A program made the position numbers and the translations under genes. 27,892 bases of DNA from Macrostomum lignano (taxonomy: Eukaryota): the NCBI GenBank assembly GCA_002269645.1, contig NIVC01003125.1, forward strand, positions 1 through 27,892, written 5' to 3'. Every line of letters starts with the position of its first letter. The first letter of the stretch is position 1. Below, piece by piece: positions 22,255 through 27,892 of the stretch. The notes beneath the pieces were generated by a model. It did not search any database. It was not told where the DNA came from and saw nothing but the letters and a program-made list of their open reading frames with translations.

Positions 22255-22950
22255 TGGAATGGTCATTGGCTACTTTAAATGGTGTTATTGGTTACTTTAG
22301 TTGGTCATTATCTACTTAAATGGTCGTTGGCAACTTTAATTGGTCATTGGCTAATTTAAATGGTCATTGGCTACTTTAAATGGTCATTGGCGACTTTAAA
22401 TGGTCATTGGCTACTTGAAATGGTCATTAACTTACTTTAGTTGATCATTACTTTAGTTGGTCATTATCTACTTAAATGGTCGTTGGCAACTTTAATTGGT
22501 CATTGGCTACTTTAAATGGTCATTGCTTACTTTAAATGGTTATTGGTTACTTTAAATGGTTATTGGCTACTTTAAATGGTCATTGGCTACTTGAAATGGT
22601 CATGTGCTACTTTAGTTGATCATTGGCTAGTTTAGTTGATCATTCGCTACTTTAAATGGTTATTGGTCACTTTAAATAGTCATTGACTACTTCAAATGGT
22701 ATTATTGGTTACTTTAGTTGGTAATTAGCTACTTTAGTTGATCATTGGCTACTTTAGTTGATCATTCGCTACTTTAAATGGTCATTGGCTACTTTAAATG
22801 GTCATTGGCTACTTTAAATGGTATTATTGGTCACTTTAGGGTCATTGACTACTTCAAATGGTATTATTGGTTACTTTAGTTGGTCATTAGCTACTTTAGT
22901 TGATCATTGGCTACTTTAAATGGTCATTGGTCACTTTAACTGGTCATTAG
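22255..22950 (+). repeat. Degenerate ~20-bp tandem repeat (tggtcattggctactttaaa), about 30-35 copies
   Basis: Direct reading, downstream of the ZDHHC stop. Confidence 0.9.
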
Positions 22951-23700
22951 ACGCTAGAGTTCGAATGCCAGTAAAAATAATTGGAAAAAATGTTTAAAAG
23001 TTTTGAGGCATCTTTCAGTTCACACTCAGCTCTCGATTATGTTGTGTGCTATAGAGTTTTTTGTATACTAAAACAGCTTTAACTGTTATTTGTTACCTGC
23101 TTGTCTGTGCGCGCAAGTGAGCGGTATTGTAATTTTGCAGCTTCTACATTTTATTAAATAATTGTAGTGGCTTAAGACTACTTGATAATATTCAGGTGTC
23201 AATCATTCACCGTTCAGAGTCAATCAGTCAGATAAAGTCAGTATTTGGTATTCATTTATTTTCGCCTAAATGTTTTATTTTTCCATTTGTTTTCTCTTCT
23301 AGTCTTGTCGTCGACTTTATAGTCCCACGGGGCGGGTAATTTGTGCAATATGTTTGTAATTAAATTAGAGTAGTAAGTAACTAATGGCTTTTTAAATTTG
23401 TTTTTTTCCTTTTATTTACTTTTCAAGTACGAAACGGTTAATGGCGTTGATAGCCGCAAAGCATGATTGTATATTATTGGTATTTGTGCCATAGACATTT
23501 ACGCCGAAGCCCCGCTTGTGACCATGTTTTTTATTGGAGGCAGGGGGGGGCTGTGTGCACCCTGGCGCACTTTAAGCGACATAGGCACACAACCGGCGAG
23601 AGGCATTACTGCCCATTCCGCCGACTCCCCTGAGCAGGCGCACAAGCGCGCGGATACGTACGCAGGCACACACTCACACAGGAGTGTACAGCGACCCTAA

Positions 23701-23870
23701 CTTTATTTATTGTTAGGCATGTACACTTCACTGCGCCTTGGGGGGTTGGCTCTCAAGGCCGTTAATTGCACGAGCAGAGCCAAGCCGAGATTCCAATTTT
23801 AGTCCCCAAATTAATGTGACTGCACTTGGAATCGAGCCTGGACAGCGCTAGACCACTAGGCTACGGACCC
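23701..23870 (-). mobile_element. tRNA-derived SINE-like element
   Basis: Minus strand starts gggtccg-TAGCCTAGTGG (A box, 23853-63), then GGCTCGATTCC (B box, 23828-38), and ends in an aataaataaa tail (23702-11). No TSD seen. Confidence 0.6.
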
Positions 23871-24678
23871 AGACTTTTGACCATAGACTATTTTACTCTT
23901 AAATGAATCGAGTCACCGATTTGTCTATGGTAGTTGACCGATTTTTTTGCTAGTTGGACGCTTAGAGGACGATTAGATAACTGCAGCTGTTGCGTCATTG
24001 TAAACTAAGAGTTTCTCTATACGCTGTTTGAGTTGGTTTAATTAAATTCAGGTAAAAGGTTTCGACATGTCTGTGTTATTACTATCAATGATATTATTTT
24101 AATTATTTATTGCTTTTTTTGTCTTAAATCTGTTTAGCAGCAACGACCCGTTCTATGCAATCAGTGTTTTCTGCGCGCGTGTGAAGTACAGCTTACTTGT
24201 TTGCTTTCTCTCTCTTTGGTACATGTAGTTCATTATTAACTCAATCATATTTGTATAGGCGCTGCTATTGCTAAAGTACTCGTACAATATAAAAGATATT
24301 GTCATTTAGAAAAAAAAACAGTTAGTCGGAGTTAATCACAATCTCTCATTAATAAATTTTGACCTGAAAAAAACACTTAGCGCTTATTTTGTACACTTTT
24401 TGTTTTTCTATCTATTAATGCATTGATTTTTTGTATGTTAATACAAAATATAGATATTATTTGTTAACAGTAGTCTAACTTGCTACATGTAGTGCTGTTC
24501 AAAATGTCATCTGTATCAGTGTTTTTCTTAACTATGTCAGTCTAATAAATTCAATGGCTTTCTGGATGTTTGCAAATGTTTTTGATTCGTTGTTGTTTTT
24601 TATCTTGTTTATTTCAGAACCACAGCCACCTCACACCTCCCCACCCACCCCCTCACTGAATGTACACTCGGCTTCAGA

Positions 24679-25459
24679 CAGACTAGCCATAGAATGTACA
24701 CTAGTCACCCAGCTCCAATCAGACTAGCCATAGAATGTACACTAGTCACCCAGCTCCAATCAGACTAGCCATAGAATGTACACTAGGCACCCAGCTCCAA
24801 TCAGACTAGCCATAGAATGTACACTAGTCACCCAGCTCCAATCAGACTAGCCATAGAATGTACACTAGTCACCCAGCTCCAATCAGACTAGCCATAGAAT
24901 GTACACTAGTCACCCAGCTCCAATCAGACTAGCCATAGAATGTACACTAGTCACCCAGCTCCAATCAGACTAGCCATAGAATGTACACTAGGCACCCAGC
25001 TCCAATCAGACTAGCCATAGAATGTACACTAGTCACCCAGCTCCAATCAGACTAGCCATAGAATGTACACTAGTCACCCAAGCTCCAATCAGACTAGCCA
25101 TAGAATGTACACTAGTCACCCAGCTCCAATCAGACTAGCCATAGAATGTACACTAGTCACCCAGCTCCAATCAGACTAGCCATAGAATGTACACTAGGCA
25201 CCCAGCTCCAATCAGACTAGCCATAGAATGTACACTAGTCACCCAGCTCCAATCAGACTAGCCATAGAATGTACACTAGTCACCCAAGCTCCAATCAGAC
25301 TAGCCATAGAATGTACACTAGTCACCCAGCTCCAATCAGACTAGCCATAGAATGTACACTAGTCACCCAGCTCCAATCAGACTAGCCATAGAATGTACAC
25401 TAGTCACCCAGCTCCAATCAGACTAGCCATAGAATGTACACTAGTCACCCAGCTCCAAT
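24679..25459 (+). repeat. Highly homogeneous 41-bp minisatellite (cagactagccatagaatgtacactagtcacccagctccaat), 19 copies
   Basis: 781 bp = 19 x 41 + 2 (two 42-bp units). No spacers. Confidence 0.97.
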
Positions 25460-25603
25460 CAAAACGCATAACAACAGACCGTAGGATAAAATTTTCATTT
25501 TACTCTCACTTGCATGCTAGCTAGCACAATGCAAGTGCAATAATTTTTTTCAAAGCTGATTTTGTTTTGAAAATAACAAATATTTTGCGCACAACATCTT
25601 GTC

Positions 25604-27892
25604 ATGGCCTCCCTAATTGACGAGACTGGACGAAGACGCATAATTAATATACGCGTAGCTGGCTTCGAAATTTCTGAAGATCACACTGTGAGAATTACTT
25701 CTTGTCTTCATTAACGCATGAGACATATTGTAATGGAAGACGCGTAATTATTCAACTATTATTTTAATTACAGACCTATCTGATTGAGGTGCAAATCGAT
25801 TCGGTCAAATGGCAAGTGAAGCGTCGTTTCAAAGAGTTTCATTATCTGCACGAGACTGTGAGTTTTGTTTTTTGGTATTTTCTTATTGTCTTTAAAATTA
25901 GATTATTATGTTGGAATCTCGTTACTAGATATAGGCACTCGTTATCAGTGGTAAATTTGCTTATTGAGCATTGAAACCTGGTTATCAGGTGGTGAAACCT
26001 GGTTAAGAGGTAAAAGAAACCTGGTTAAGAGGTAAAGAAACCTGGTTACTAGGTAGTGAAACCTAGTTATCAGGTGGTGGTTATCATGGAGTGAAACCTG
26101 GGTATTAGGTAGTGAAACCTAGTTAAGAGGTAAAGAAACCTGGTTACTAGGTAGTGAAACCTAGTTAAGAGGTAAAGAAACCTGGTTACTAGGTAGTGAA
26201 ACCTACCAAGTAGGTTAAGAAGTGAAACCTGGTTATCACGTGTTAAACCCGGTTATTAGGTATTGAAACCTGGTTATTGGGTAGTGAGACCTAACTATTA
26301 AGTAGTGAAACCTCTGTTATTAGGTATTGAAACCTGGTTACTAGGTATGAAACCTGGTTACCAGATAGTGAAACCTGGTTATTAGGTAGTGAAACCTGGT
26401 TATTAGGTAGTGAAACCTGCGTATCAGGTAGTGAAACCTGTTTATTAAGGAGTGAAACCTAGTTGGTAGGTAGTAAAACCTGGTTATTAAGGAGTGAAAC
26501 CTGGTTAGTAGGTAGTGAAACCTGGTTATAAGGTAGTGAAACCTGGTTTTTTGGTAGTGAAACCTGAATACTAAGTATTGAAACCTGATTATTAAGGAGT
26601 GAAACCTGGTTATTAGGTAGTGAAATCTGGTTATTAGGTAGGGAAACCTGGTTACCAGATAGTGAAACCTGGTTATTAGGTAGTGAAACCTGGCTATTAG
26701 GTAGTGAAACCTGGTTATTAAGGAGTGAAACCTCTGGTTATTAGGTAGTGAAACCTGTTTATTAGGTAGTGAAACCTCTGGTTATTAGGTAGTGGAACCT
26801 GATTACTAGGTAGTGAAAGCTGGTTATTAACGAGTGAAACCTAGTTATTAAGGAGTGAAACCTCTGGTTTTTAGGTAGTGAAACCTGTTTATTAGGTAGT
26901 GAAACCTCTGGTTATTAGGTAGTGAAACCTGATTACTAGGTAGTGAAACCTGGTTATTAAGGAGTGAAACCTCTGGTTATTAGGTAGTGAAACCTGTTTA
27001 TTAGGTAGTGAAACCTCTGGTTATTAGGTAGTGGAACCTGATTACTAGGTAGTGAAAGCTGGTTATTAACGAGTGAAACCTAGTTATTAAGGAGTGAAAC
27101 CTCTGGTTATTAGGTAGTGAAACCTGATTACTAGGTAGTGAAAGCTGGTTATTAACGAGTGAAACCTAGTTATTAAGGAGTGAAACCTCTGGTTATTAGG
27201 TAGTGAAACCTGATTACTAGGTAGTGAAACCTGGTTATTAAGGAGTGAAACCTGGTTATTAAGGAGTGAAACCCGTTATTAGGTTAGTCAAACCTGGATA
27301 TCAGGTAGTGAAACCTGGTTATTAGGTAGTGAAACCTGGATATCAGGTAGTGAAACCTTTTTTTGGTAGTGAAACCTGAATACTAAGTAGTGAAACCTGG
27401 TTATTAGGTAGTGAAACCTGGTTACCAGATAGTGAAACCTTGTTATTTGGTAGTGAAACCTCTGGTTATTAGGTAGTGAAACCTGTTTTATTAGGTAGTG
27501 AAACCTCTGTTATTAGGTAGTGAAACCTGATTGCTAGGTAGTGAAACCTGGTTATTAAGGAGTGAAACCTGGTTATTAAGGAGTGAAACCTGGTTATTAA
27601 GGAGTGAAACCTGGTTATTAAGGAGTGAAACCTGGTTATTAAGGAGTGAAACCTCTGGTTATTAGGTAGTGAAACCTGTTTATTAGGTAGTGAAACCTGG
27701 TTATCAGGTAGTGAAACCTGGATATCAGGTAGTGAAACCTGGTTATCAGGTAGTGAAACCTGGATATCAGGTAGTAACCTGGTTAATTAATGCCGCACAC
27801 TTTCCCCGTTGGCACCATTTTCAGCTGTGCAGAGATCGCGCAACCGAAATGAAATCTGTGGCAAAATTTCCTCCAAAGAAGTCAATCGGCCA
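25604..27892 (+). CDS. N-terminal PX-domain protein (nischarin/sorting-nexin-like); exons 25604-25687, 25774-25857, 27825 to window end
   Basis: Two phase-0 GT-AG introns join MASLIDETGRRRIINIRVAGFEISEDHT|TYLIEVQIDSVKWQVKRRFKEFHYLHET|LCRDRATEMKSVAKFPPKKSIG. It has the PX W-x-V-x-RR-F/Y-x-EF-xx-LH motif and the PPKK loop. The orthologue is not determinable from 78 aa. Confidence 0.82.
25975..27783 (+). repeat. Intronic minisatellite, 21-bp unit (gtgaaacctggttattaggta) with 23-bp variants, roughly 85 copies
   Basis: Direct reading; fills PX-gene intron 25858-27824. Confidence 0.97.

Noticed and set aside
24679-25459. CRISPR-like appearance of the 41-bp array (also the 48- and 37-bp arrays)
   Set aside because: Units are contiguous with no unique spacers, there are no cas genes, and the context is eukaryotic.
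25774-25857. Assignment of the PX exon to phospholipase D (KWQVKR similarity)
   Set aside because: The PX domain starts right after the initiator Met, unlike PLD1/2; the family cannot be fixed from this fragment.

Overview
This is eukaryotic (animal) genomic DNA, with GC-rich exons set in AT-rich DNA and a different minisatellite in most introns. That style suggests a Macrostomum-like flatworm, which is inference only. Three spliced host genes lie on the + strand: (1) the 3' half of an AhR/spineless-type bHLH-PAS gene (1-4137); (2) a ZDHHC5/8-type DHHC palmitoyltransferase (19398-22122, first exon not found); (3) the start of an N-terminal PX-domain gene (25604 to the window end). Between genes 1 and 2 are a 5'-truncated LOA/R1-like LINE fragment and a 5,883-bp DNA transposon (7380-13262) bounded by 14-bp inverted repeats. 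The transposon's minus-strand gene can be rebuilt by hand into six exons and about 1,140 aa: a coiled coil, a DD-CxxH-E transposase core, an RG-rich linker and, hidden behind frameshifts, a C-terminal Spindlin (Spin/Ssty)-type Tudor domain. That chromatin-reader fusion is the best candidate for an undescribed system. All six frameshifts are modelled as 1-2 nt deletions, five of them placeable in G/C runs, so the element may be intact and the assembly in error. A TATA/CArG/Ets/AP-1 promoter just outside the right end points into the transposase. All homology calls come from manual translation and recalled family motifs; no searches were run.
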